The notes under the pieces were generated by a model that was given only the letters and a program-made list of their open reading frames with translations, made no database searches and was not told where the DNA came from. Position numbers and translations under genes: made by a program. From Verrucomicrobiota bacterium (GTDB lineage: Bacteria; Verrucomicrobiota; Verrucomicrobiia; Limisphaerales; SXQI01), in assembly GCA_008933045.1 (NCBI GenBank), contig WBXJ01000002.1:1-39499 (forward strand): a stretch of DNA of 39,499 nucleotides, read 5' to 3'. Position 1 is the stretch's first letter. The number at the start of each line of letters is the position of its first letter. This document shows positions 9,545-17,591 of this stretch, piece after piece.

Positions 9545-9907
9545 TTAACTCAATTCCTGTGAATCACCAACACGCGCTGGAGGTAATCCGCCTGTATCCG
9601 CTAAGGTGGGGTTGCGGCTCCGATGAGATCGGCGCGGTTCCCGCCTTTTCTTGCGGCGACGTCCTGATTCCGCCTGCTCTTCGGCTGTCAGCTTTTTTGA
9701 TGAGGGATAAACTCGATCGGGTTCACGTCGCGGCTTTCGAATAAACACGGCCCACGCGACGAGAATGATCACAATAAACAACACCCCGCCACCAATCAGC
9801 ACGGTATCTTTAAATAGCAACCCAGGGACGAGGTTTGTGCCTTTGCTCACCGCGCCCGGTAACTCGATTTCTGCCAAAATTGGGATCAGGTTCATTGCGT
9901 CGCTCAT
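9545..9907 (-). CDS. Small single-pass membrane protein with an Arg/Lys-rich C-terminal tail (hypothetical)
   Basis: ATGA overlap with the stop of the upstream response regulator (9904-9907). One clear TM helix (VLIGGGVLFIVIILVAWAVFI) is followed by RKPRREP...GRRRKKRREPRRSHRSR. I recognise no family. Confidence 0.5.
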   Translation of the reverse strand: MSDAMNLIPILAEIELPGAVSKGTNLVPGLLFKDTVLIGGGVLFIVIILVAWAVFIRKPRREPDRVYPSSKKLTAEEQAESGRRRKKRREPRRSHRSRNPTLADTGGLPPARVGDSQELS

Positions 9908-11328
9908 AAACTGGCTTCTTTTGTAGTAAAATTTGGGTCCTCGTCTGAACCAAGGCTGATATTCAGACGCTGCATTCTGTAGCGAAGCGCGTGCCGACTA
10001 ATCTGAAGTTGATCGGCCGTGCGGGTGAGGCTGAAGTGGTTTTGTTCGAGGATGTTCGCGATCAGGTCGTGCTCATAGTTAGAGATGATTTCGTTTAACG
10101 AACCGGTGACGACCTGCGTTCCTGCGGGTTCAGATTTTCTGAGCCGAGTCTCAAGGTGAAAATCGGGCAGATTTGACGACTGAACTTCTTTGGTGTTCTC
10201 CAAAATGACCGCACGTTCGATGACGTTTCTCAGCTCCCGTACATTTCCGGGCCAGTGATGGGACATCAACTCTTGCTGCGCTCCTTTCGAAAACCCTTCG
10301 ATATTTCGGTTCATCGACAATCTGAAGTGCTTCAAAAAATGCTCCGCCAACAGCAGCACGTCGGTGCCGCGTTCGCGCAATGCCGGTGGACGGAACTGGA
10401 CGACGTTCAGTCGATGAAAGAGGTCCTCTCGGAACTGGTTCATCTGGATAGCCGCAACAATGTCGCGATTGGTCGCCGCAATCAGACGAACATCGACTCT
10501 CAGCTCCTGGTTTCCTCCAACACGAGTAAAGGTTCCATCTTCCAAAAATCGTAAAAGTTTCGCTTGTAAGGGGCGGCTCATGTCACCTATTTCATCGAGA
10601 AAAATAGTTCCCCCATCCGCCTCCTCGACACGCCCGTTTTTCTGCCGAAGTGCCCCCGTGAAGGCTCCCTTCTCATGGCCGAACAGTTCGCTTTCTAGAA
10701 GAAGCTCCGGGATCGCGGCGCAATTGATGCGAACATAGTTCGCCGATGCCCGTTTACTGAGAGTATGGAGCGCACCTGCAATCAGCTCCTTACCAGTCCC
10801 ACTTTCGCCGAGGATTAGAACCGTCGCATTCGTAGGTGCTACTGTTTGGATCAGTTGCCGTAACTCAAGAATCTTGGGTGCAACTCCGATCAATTGTTCC
10901 AGACGGTAAGCTTCTCCCGCACGGGCTTTAAGGGAAGCGTTCTCAGATAACAACCGATGGCGTTCTGCACATCGCGCAACGGCGTGCAAAAGTTCCTCCG
11001 GCGCGAATGGTTTTGCCAAATAATCAATTGCTCCTGCTTTGATCGCCTCCACAGCCAGCTTGGGAGTCGCATAGGCCGTGATCATGAGGATCGGGATGTG
11101 AGGAAATCTCTGCCGCGCAAGCCCAAGAAACTCATAACCGCTCATGCCGCCGAGACGTGCATCCGTAATCACCATGAAGAACTCCTGCTCAACGATCATC
11201 TTCAACGCCTGTTCTGCAGAATCAGCCGCGCGATATTGGTAGCCTTCTCCGTTCATGATGGCTTCTAACGAAAGACGCATGTTCTTTTCGTCATCCACGA
11301 CCAAGAGCGGTGGCAGGGTTGGTTTCAT
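9904..11328 (-). CDS. Sigma-54-dependent response regulator (NtrC family bacterial enhancer-binding protein)
   Basis: REC domain (VITDARLGGMSG). AAA+ domain with Walker A GESGTGKE, GAFTGA loop (HEKGAFTGA) and Walker B IFLDEIGD. C-terminal Fis-type HTH (LTRTADQLQISRHALRYRMQRL). Confidence 0.9.
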   Translation of the reverse strand: MKPTLPPLLVVDDEKNMRLSLEAIMNGEGYQYRAADSAEQALKMIVEQEFFMVITDARLGGMSGYEFLGLARQRFPHIPILMITAYATPKLAVEAIKAGAIDYLAKPFAPEELLHAVARCAERHRLLSENASLKARAGEAYRLEQLIGVAPKILELRQLIQTVAPTNATVLILGESGTGKELIAGALHTLSKRASANYVRINCAAIPELLLESELFGHEKGAFTGALRQKNGRVEEADGGTIFLDEIGDMSRPLQAKLLRFLEDGTFTRVGGNQELRVDVRLIAATNRDIVAAIQMNQFREDLFHRLNVVQFRPPALRERGTDVLLLAEHFLKHFRLSMNRNIEGFSKGAQQELMSHHWPGNVRELRNVIERAVILENTKEVQSSNLPDFHLETRLRKSEPAGTQVVTGSLNEIISNYEHDLIANILEQNHFSLTRTADQLQISRHALRYRMQRLNISLGSDEDPNFTTKEASL

Positions 11329-12818
11329 TTTCTGAATTTAATTACTGTTTTTGAAGGTAACTTCACAGTAAAAAGTGTGCCTTCGCCTTCTGTGGATCGC
11401 ACTTCAACTTTGCCGTTATACATCTCGGTGTTGTGCTTCACAATTGACAGGCCAAGACCTGAACCTTTTTCCTTTGTAGTAAAGTAGGCTTCAAAGATCC
11501 TTGTTACTTTGTCAGGAGGAATCCCCGGTCCATTATCCTGAACATCAATTCGAAGTGAGTAATGATCATCAACCTTGATGCTGATCCATATCTTGCCGGC
11601 TCCGTTCAACGCTTCCCGGGCGTTTTGTAGGATATTGACCAGAATTTCGGAAAAATGCACCCGTTGCGCGAGTAATGCCGGCAGATCATTCGCATAATCC
11701 CGAAACAGTTCTGTCTCGTATCGTGCACCGTCCGGGAAAACTTGACCAATTGCAGTCTCCATTTCCTGAACCACATCCAATTTTTCCACTCGACCTTCGT
11801 TCAGCCGTGCATAACCCATGAGTTCGGTCAAAATCCGATCCGACCGATCAACTTCTTCTCGGATAATTTGGATTTGTTGAGTAATTGTTTTTCCTTCCTT
11901 CACGGTACGTTGCAAGGTGAAGGCTGCATTGTTGATAATTCCTAGCGGATTTTTGAGTTGGTGCGCGATTTCGGCGGCTAATCGACCCGTGGCGTGGAGT
12001 TGCTCTTGTCGCAATGCAGATTCCCGCGCTTCCTCCTCGATTCGTCGTTGGCGTTCCTTTAGAAGTTGCAGGCCGTAACAGCACGCAGCCACGAGAAGCA
12101 GTAAAAAAGTTCTGAGCAAAAACGGTTCCGCATTAATTTCTTGGGGTCCTTGTTCAAGAGCGGTGCGCACTGTTTTGTCTAATAAACCCACCTCGACCCG
12201 TCTCATGACAATTTCCATGGTACCCCCAAGAACAAAGCATGCACTTGTCAGCAGATTGAGTGAAATTTGAGGTAAAGTTTCTGGATGACTGATGGAGTTG
12301 CGAAGTATTAACCCGAGAAAAACCCAGAACAAAATACTTCCAGATCCTCCAGTCACCACCGTCAGGGCCGCTAAAAAAAGCGCGTCTAAAAGACTGCTGC
12401 AATACGCCGTATTTCGCACCCACATTAAGGGCAGATGCTTCATCCTGATCAGCAGAAAAGCCACTGCGGCGTTCAGGAGAACGTAAAAAATAAACAAGGA
12501 TCGAACCGTGGAAAACACAAAATCCTGGGGCAGGATTTGGTTATAAGCTGGTTTGAGTCGAGTAACATTGTCGAACCAGTTGGAGAAGTAGAAATAATAA
12601 AACAGAACCTGAATCACCACGCATTTGACGGGCAAGGCAACATTCCGCTCCACATAACGCAACACCGCTTCATGCTGTTTAGGATCGGGGTGGGGTAGGG
12701 TGAGGGCTTTTAGCTTGGCCCAGGAGGTTTGATTGATGGAAGCTCTGGGCAAAATAAAGTTGTTCCTCAACTTGTTAAAAGTGCGATGCAACGCCCCGTG
12801 ATCTCTTCCACAGGCCAT
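11325..12818 (-). CDS. Membrane sensor histidine kinase (NtrB/AtoS-type H-box)
   Basis: H-box LAAEIAHQLKNPLGII. ATPase boxes ILVNILQNAREAL, VQDNGPGIP and GSGLGLSIV. Several TM helices in the N-half. ATGA overlap with the regulator (11325-11328). The start is uncertain: ATG 12818 overlaps coaC by 52 nt, whereas TTG 12770 would give a TTGA overlap with the coaC stop. Confidence 0.8.
   Translation of the reverse strand: MACGRDHGALHRTFNKLRNNFILPRASINQTSWAKLKALTLPHPDPKQHEAVLRYVERNVALPVKCVVIQVLFYYFYFSNWFDNVTRLKPAYNQILPQDFVFSTVRSLFIFYVLLNAAVAFLLIRMKHLPLMWVRNTAYCSSLLDALFLAALTVVTGGSGSILFWVFLGLILRNSISHPETLPQISLNLLTSACFVLGGTMEIVMRRVEVGLLDKTVRTALEQGPQEINAEPFLLRTFLLLLVAACCYGLQLLKERQRRIEEEARESALRQEQLHATGRLAAEIAHQLKNPLGIINNAAFTLQRTVKEGKTITQQIQIIREEVDRSDRILTELMGYARLNEGRVEKLDVVQEMETAIGQVFPDGARYETELFRDYANDLPALLAQRVHFSEILVNILQNAREALNGAGKIWISIKVDDHYSLRIDVQDNGPGIPPDKVTRIFEAYFTTKEKGSGLGLSIVKHNTEMYNGKVEVRSTEGEGTLFTVKLPSKTVIKFRK
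12687..12706 (+). other. Canonical G-quadruplex-forming motif (four G-runs, loops of 1-3 nt)
   Basis: GGGGTGGGGTAGGGTGAGGG read directly. It lies on the + strand, which is the template strand of the histidine-kinase gene, about 110 nt from that gene's 5' end. Confidence 0.5.
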
Positions 12819-13330
12819 AAGCGGCCCAACCCTTCATATCCGCACGATAACAGACCTTCCTCGGGCCCAATGAATTCCGCACCACGGTTTTTGAGATTCA
12901 ACACATGCCCTTGCGTAGCGGGGTGCAACCACATCTTTCCGTTCATGGCCGGAGCCAATAACACTTTGGCTTCTGGGTTCAGAGCCAACGCGATACACGA
13001 AAGGGCATCATCGGCTAGACCCAAGGAAATCTTTGCCAATAAATTCGCAGTCACTGGAGCAACTAGGAACAATGATGCCTCGTCCGCGAGACGGATGTGG
13101 GCCGGTTTCCAACCTTCCTCCTCATCATACAGATCGGTCACAACCGGTTGACGAGTCACCGTCTTAAAAGTTAACGGCGAGACAAATTTTTGAGCATCTG
13201 ATGTGAGCACCACTTGCACACGAAATCCTGCCTTGGTAAGTTGGCTGGCTAGATCCACCGCTTTGTAAGCAGCGATGGAACCGGAGACTCCCAATACGAT
13301 CAGACGTGGCTCGTTCATGTCATTAGGCAC
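12767..13330 (-). CDS. coaC: Phosphopantothenoylcysteine decarboxylase, stand-alone CoaC flavoprotein (no CoaB half)
   Basis: HFCD/Dfp N-domain motifs: LGVSGSIAAYKAVDLASQL, APVTANLLAKI, LLAPAMNGKMW, LSCGYEGLGRL. The protein ends after 187 aa. Confidence 0.8.
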   Translation of the reverse strand: MPNDMNEPRLIVLGVSGSIAAYKAVDLASQLTKAGFRVQVVLTSDAQKFVSPLTFKTVTRQPVVTDLYDEEEGWKPAHIRLADEASLFLVAPVTANLLAKISLGLADDALSCIALALNPEAKVLLAPAMNGKMWLHPATQGHVLNLKNRGAEFIGPEEGLLSCGYEGLGRLWPVEEITGRCIALLTS

Positions 13331-13351
13331 AAATTAACTTCTGGATTCAGA

Positions 13352-13978
13352 TTAATTGTAAGAGGGCAACTCAGTCCGATGCTGACGCAGTTTCTCTGCC
13401 AAAATGATAGAGGTCATACGACTCAAATCCTCCGCGATCGTGCCGCTGAGCAGAATGTAGTCGAAGTGTTTAGATTGAGTGATCTCTTGGCGAGCGACAC
13501 TCAATCGTTTTTGGATGATAGCTGGGCTATCTTGATTTCGCCTAGTCAATCGTTCTTCCAACACAGAGATTGACTGAGGTGCCAAGAAAACGGCTAGCAA
13601 GGAGGATCCTAATTCTTCATCCTCAGCAGCCTGCTGTTTGATTGTTGCGACTCCCTGCACATCCACACTCAGGAGCACGTCGTTTCCTCGCCGCAACTTC
13701 CCCAACACCTCAGATTTCAAAGTGCCGTAGCTATTGCCATATACGGTCGCGTGTTCCAAAAAATGCCCGGCCTGAACCCTCTTGAGAAACGTAGAGGCAT
13801 CCAGGAAAAAATAATCAATCCCGTCCTTTTCTCCGTTACGAGGCTCCCGAGTCGTGCAGGTGATCGCTCGCACAATATTGGGATCATGCTCCAACAATTG
13901 CCCACAGAGCGTTGTCTTACCGCCACCGGAAGGTGCGGAAATGACAATCAATAAACCTGAACTCGGGGAAGGATGCAT
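13352..13978 (-). CDS. gmk: Guanylate kinase
   Basis: P-loop ISAPSGGGKTTL, TTREPRNGEKDGIDYFF, and the conserved position after yicC. Confidence 0.9.
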   Translation of the reverse strand: MHPSPSSGLLIVISAPSGGGKTTLCGQLLEHDPNIVRAITCTTREPRNGEKDGIDYFFLDASTFLKRVQAGHFLEHATVYGNSYGTLKSEVLGKLRRGNDVLLSVDVQGVATIKQQAAEDEELGSSLLAVFLAPQSISVLEERLTRRNQDSPAIIQKRLSVARQEITQSKHFDYILLSGTIAEDLSRMTSIILAEKLRQHRTELPSYN

Positions 13979-13986
13979 ACTTTGGG

Positions 13987-14868
13987 TTATTCGAGGTTTT
14001 GCACTTGTTCACGAAATTTCTCCAACTCGGCTTTCAGACCAACGACCTCTTTTGCGATTGAACTTTCCGAGGCCTTGGAGCCGATCGTGTTAATCTCTCG
14101 ATTGATCTCTTGCGCCAGAAAATCCAACGTCCGTCCCACGGGTTCCTCACTCCGTGCACATTCATCAAACTGCTTGAAGTGACTATCAAGTCGAGTCAAC
14201 TCCTCAGAAATGTCTGATCGATCAGCAAAGTAGACGACTTCCTTCAGTAGTCGTTCATCCGTTGCGGAAGGCAGGTTGAGGCCAGCCTCAAAAATTCGTT
14301 TGCGCAACGCCTCACGGTATTTGATTACCATCTCAGGTGCCGCTTTACGAACTCTCGTCACAGCCTTACGCATCGTCGAGACCCGTTGCTTCAGATCCTT
14401 TGCTAAATGCTGACCTTCCTTGGTGCGCATTTTGATCAGACCTTCTAAAGCCTGACGCAAGGAATCATTGATTGCTGGCCACGCTCGCTCGGCCATCTCC
14501 GAGGCATCCTGCACCTGCAACACACCAGGAATCCGTACTAACGTATCCAACGACAATTCCCCAGAAATCTTGAGTTCGTGGGCTAGCTCCTTCAATCCTT
14601 TGGCATAAGTTTTTGCCAAGCGAAAGTTGATATGGGATTTGGCCGAAGCACCCGAGTCCTCGGTATGAACCAGAATCTTCACGGTGATCCGACCGCGGGC
14701 CGTGCATCGAGAAACCTCACTACGAGCTTGGGTCTCGAGTGACTCGAGTTCACGCGGTAAATAAACCGCAATCTCACTTTGCTTGCGGTTCACAGAACTG
14801 ATTTCGCAGGACGCCTTGAACGCACCCTGAGTGGCTTGACCTCGGCCATAGCCCGTCATTGACTTCAT
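13987..14868 (-). CDS. yicC: YicC family stress-induced protein (putative endoribonuclease)
   Basis: MKSMTGYGRG N-terminus and the C-terminal LAQEINREINTIGSKA motif; 293 aa. Confidence 0.85.
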   Translation of the reverse strand: MKSMTGYGRGQATQGAFKASCEISSVNRKQSEIAVYLPRELESLETQARSEVSRCTARGRITVKILVHTEDSGASAKSHINFRLAKTYAKGLKELAHELKISGELSLDTLVRIPGVLQVQDASEMAERAWPAINDSLRQALEGLIKMRTKEGQHLAKDLKQRVSTMRKAVTRVRKAAPEMVIKYREALRKRIFEAGLNLPSATDERLLKEVVYFADRSDISEELTRLDSHFKQFDECARSEEPVGRTLDFLAQEINREINTIGSKASESSIAKEVVGLKAELEKFREQVQNLE

Positions 14869-14944
14869 ACTTTTAAACTATGAGGAAAGCCGCGCCGCGC
14901 CGCAATCCCAACCGTTCCCGAACATTGTCACACAAATCGTAGAA

Positions 14945-16231
14945 CTATCTAGAATCCTCGAGATCCGGCAGAAAGAACGCCGCAAAAATGGCTGGAACGA
15001 ATAAGAAACCCGTGGCTAATAAGGCGAGTCTGAAATCACCCACTTGTGAAACGAGCCCAAAAATAATCGTGCCTAAAGCGGCAAAAATACGGCCGATATT
15101 GTAGCAAAATCCTGCGCCGGTCGTTCGGAGCAGGGTAGGGAATAGCGGCGGAAGGTACATCGTGAATAGGCCGAATACCCCCGAGAAAAAACCGACCGAT
15201 GGAACCCATCGCGTGAGTGAATCGTAGGTTCTTGGAATCCCATAGGTCACGAGGATCGCTGTCAGAAAACCAACGAACATGAAGATAATGGCTCCCCGAT
15301 ACCCGATGCGTTTGGCCAACCATCCGGCAAAAAAATTACCGGCAATTGAAGTCGCGATGATCAGAAAGAAAACACTGCTAACCAATTTTTCACGATCCAC
15401 AGAAAGCCATTGCGCTACATCAGGCAAGTTTCTGATGTGCTGCGAGTTCCAAAACATAATAGCCCACCAAGCGGTCAAGGAGGATGCACAGACCGCGATC
15501 GTCAGAAGTGTTGTTCGTCGGACAGAACCCCGAAATAAATCGCCGATCCCAGGGACAATGCCACCAGCAGCAGCCTTTGCCTTATGCCATTCCTCAGGCT
15601 CGCGCACGGCTTTGCGAATCCACAAAACGAGGAACGCAGGAAGTATTCCAACCAAGAAAACGTATCGGGGAGGTTTATCCGCCAACACAAAGGTTGTGGC
15701 GCACGCGAGCAAAACTCCTAAGTTTACCCCGGTTTGTAATACAGCTGCGATCCAAGGCCGCCATCGTTTCGGCCAAGTCTCTGACAACAATGACGAACCC
15801 ACAGCCCATTCACCACCAATTCCCAATGCCGCCAGAAACCGAAATATCATGAGTTGCCACCAAGTTTGGGCAAAAAATGATAACCCAGTAAAAATCGCGT
15901 AGGTTAAAATCGTCAAACTCAGAGCGCGACTACGTCCCATTAAATCGCCAATCCGACCGAAGAATGCACCTCCTAACGCCCAGCCCACAAGAAACGCGGC
16001 TTGGATATAAGAACTGTAACGTTTGACATGTGGATCACTGGTGCTACTGGCGAGAATCAACTCCATCACAAAAGGTGCCGCCACCAATGTGTAAAGGTGC
16101 ATATCAAGACCATCGAACAGCCAACCGAGCCAAGCAGCCAATCCTGAGCGCTTTTGCTGGGAGGTCAGATCCGACCATGTCTCGTTCTTGGTTCGTGATT
16201 TTTCGTTCAGATTCGTGTTTTCGCTCAGCAT
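14945..16231 (-). CDS. MFS transporter
   Basis: About 12 hydrophobic segments and an MFS motif-A-like GRIGDLMGRSRAL between TM2 and TM3. Substrate is not inferable. Confidence 0.8.
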   Translation of the reverse strand: MLSENTNLNEKSRTKNETWSDLTSQQKRSGLAAWLGWLFDGLDMHLYTLVAAPFVMELILASSTSDPHVKRYSSYIQAAFLVGWALGGAFFGRIGDLMGRSRALSLTILTYAIFTGLSFFAQTWWQLMIFRFLAALGIGGEWAVGSSLLSETWPKRWRPWIAAVLQTGVNLGVLLACATTFVLADKPPRYVFLVGILPAFLVLWIRKAVREPEEWHKAKAAAGGIVPGIGDLFRGSVRRTTLLTIAVCASSLTAWWAIMFWNSQHIRNLPDVAQWLSVDREKLVSSVFFLIIATSIAGNFFAGWLAKRIGYRGAIIFMFVGFLTAILVTYGIPRTYDSLTRWVPSVGFFSGVFGLFTMYLPPLFPTLLRTTGAGFCYNIGRIFAALGTIIFGLVSQVGDFRLALLATGFLFVPAIFAAFFLPDLEDSR

Positions 16232-16418
16232 AGGTTGTCACACATGCGAACGGCGACGGTGTAAAAGTCACAAACATCCGCTGGTATCGGTGGGACTCTA
16301 GGTAGGAACAAACAAAAGTGCAAATCACGAAAGAGGGTTCCAAAAGCGAAGATCTGTAATAGATATAACAAATATTGTGCGAATAAAAAAGCAAAGGGTG
16401 GTGAACGACGAAAACTGA

Positions 16419-17591
16419 TCAACGGTAGCCCCAGCCAAAACGATCCGTCAGCGGCCAATACACAAACCAACATTTGCCGATCACATTCGCTTGCGGCACA
16501 TCGCCCCAACCTCTGGAGTCGTAGGAATTTAATGTGTTGTCGCCCATCGCCATGTAGCGATCAGTTCCGACGCGAAACTCTACGGTCTGGTTTTCAAATA
16601 ACGGAGCCAATCCAAACCGCTTGTATTGCGTGGCGACTTGATTATTGATGTGTCCAAGGTAGGGATTCTGGGTTCCCGGAGTGCTGAACGTATAAACTGA
16701 CTCAAAATGGCGTATGGAAGCATCCAAGCGACGACCATCGACCACCAAGTGACGATCATTCCCAATGCGGAGCTTTTCGCCCGGTAGTCCAACCAACCGT
16801 TTGATGTAAAGTTGGTCTTGCGGAAGGTCTGGAATGCCCCGCGTCTTGAAGACAAATATCTCGCCACGTTCCGGACGTCGAAAATTGTAGGTCAATCGAT
16901 CCACTAGCAAATGGTCACCACTGTTTAACTTGAGTTTCACAATGTCCTCGCCTTTGTGATAAAACTGGCCCGGGTGCAGCATTGCTCGTTTGTCTAAATC
17001 ATCAGGCACGAACCAAAGTCGCAATGACTGATTTGCAAAAGAAACGGTCTGAATTTTAATGAACGGAAACACCGTTCGAGGAGCAGAAACAGAGGTAATC
17101 TCACCATCCGTGGGAGCGACAAGATGGTAATAGCAAGAACCACTGACGATAAACTCCTTGATCCGTCCGAACCATGAAGGAACCTCCACGCCAGGCGGAT
17201 CACTTCGTAAATCTTGATGCGTGATTCCAAACAGAGTGGGCTGCATGGATCCTGTAGGAATCTTGGTCAGTTGGAGAAAGAATGTCGTGAACGCCAAGAT
17301 CACAGTGACGGCTAAGCCAATCTCACGAATCTGTTCCCGCATTTGTCCACCAGGAAACGGCTTGAGAACCGAGTTTGCAATCGCTTCGAGACGCTGCATT
17401 GCCGGTTCGATTTGCTTCAGCGGCAAGGTTGCAATCTCTCGATCGAAAGCCTCGACGGCACTTTGAAGCTCTAAGCAACGGGATGGATCTAATAGATCCT
17501 TTTGCTCGGAAATCAAACGCCGAACCTGACGACGCATCTCGCAAGCATGTCGAACGGTTCCTGAGGTTAACCATCGCCAGATCATAACCAT
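16419..17591 (-). CDS. lepB: Signal peptidase I, long form (paralog 2)
   Basis: Ser box IPTGSMQPTL, Lys box YIKRLVGLPGE, GDNTLNSYDSRGWG. I place the start at ATG 17591 (MVMIWRWL...), which shares 1 nt with the upstream TAA (TAATG). This parallels the MLRWIF start of paralog 1. The track start is 17630. Confidence 0.8.
   Translation of the reverse strand: MVMIWRWLTSGTVRHACEMRRQVRRLISEQKDLLDPSRCLELQSAVEAFDREIATLPLKQIEPAMQRLEAIANSVLKPFPGGQMREQIREIGLAVTVILAFTTFFLQLTKIPTGSMQPTLFGITHQDLRSDPPGVEVPSWFGRIKEFIVSGSCYYHLVAPTDGEITSVSAPRTVFPFIKIQTVSFANQSLRLWFVPDDLDKRAMLHPGQFYHKGEDIVKLKLNSGDHLLVDRLTYNFRRPERGEIFVFKTRGIPDLPQDQLYIKRLVGLPGEKLRIGNDRHLVVDGRRLDASIRHFESVYTFSTPGTQNPYLGHINNQVATQYKRFGLAPLFENQTVEFRVGTDRYMAMGDNTLNSYDSRGWGDVPQANVIGKCWFVYWPLTDRFGWGYR

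Noticed and set aside
14889-14903. (GCCGC)x3 micro-repeat between the MFS gene and yicC, considered as a terminator stem
   Set aside because: It is not self-complementary, so it forms no hairpin, and no T-tract follows it. It is too short to call a repeat element.
15279-15902. 207-aa + strand ORF, together with the overlapping 15484-15852 ORF
   Set aside because: It is entirely antisense to the well-supported MFS transporter CDS. Its translation is R/K/A/P-rich with no recognisable motif. This is the usual shadow ORF opposite a real gene.
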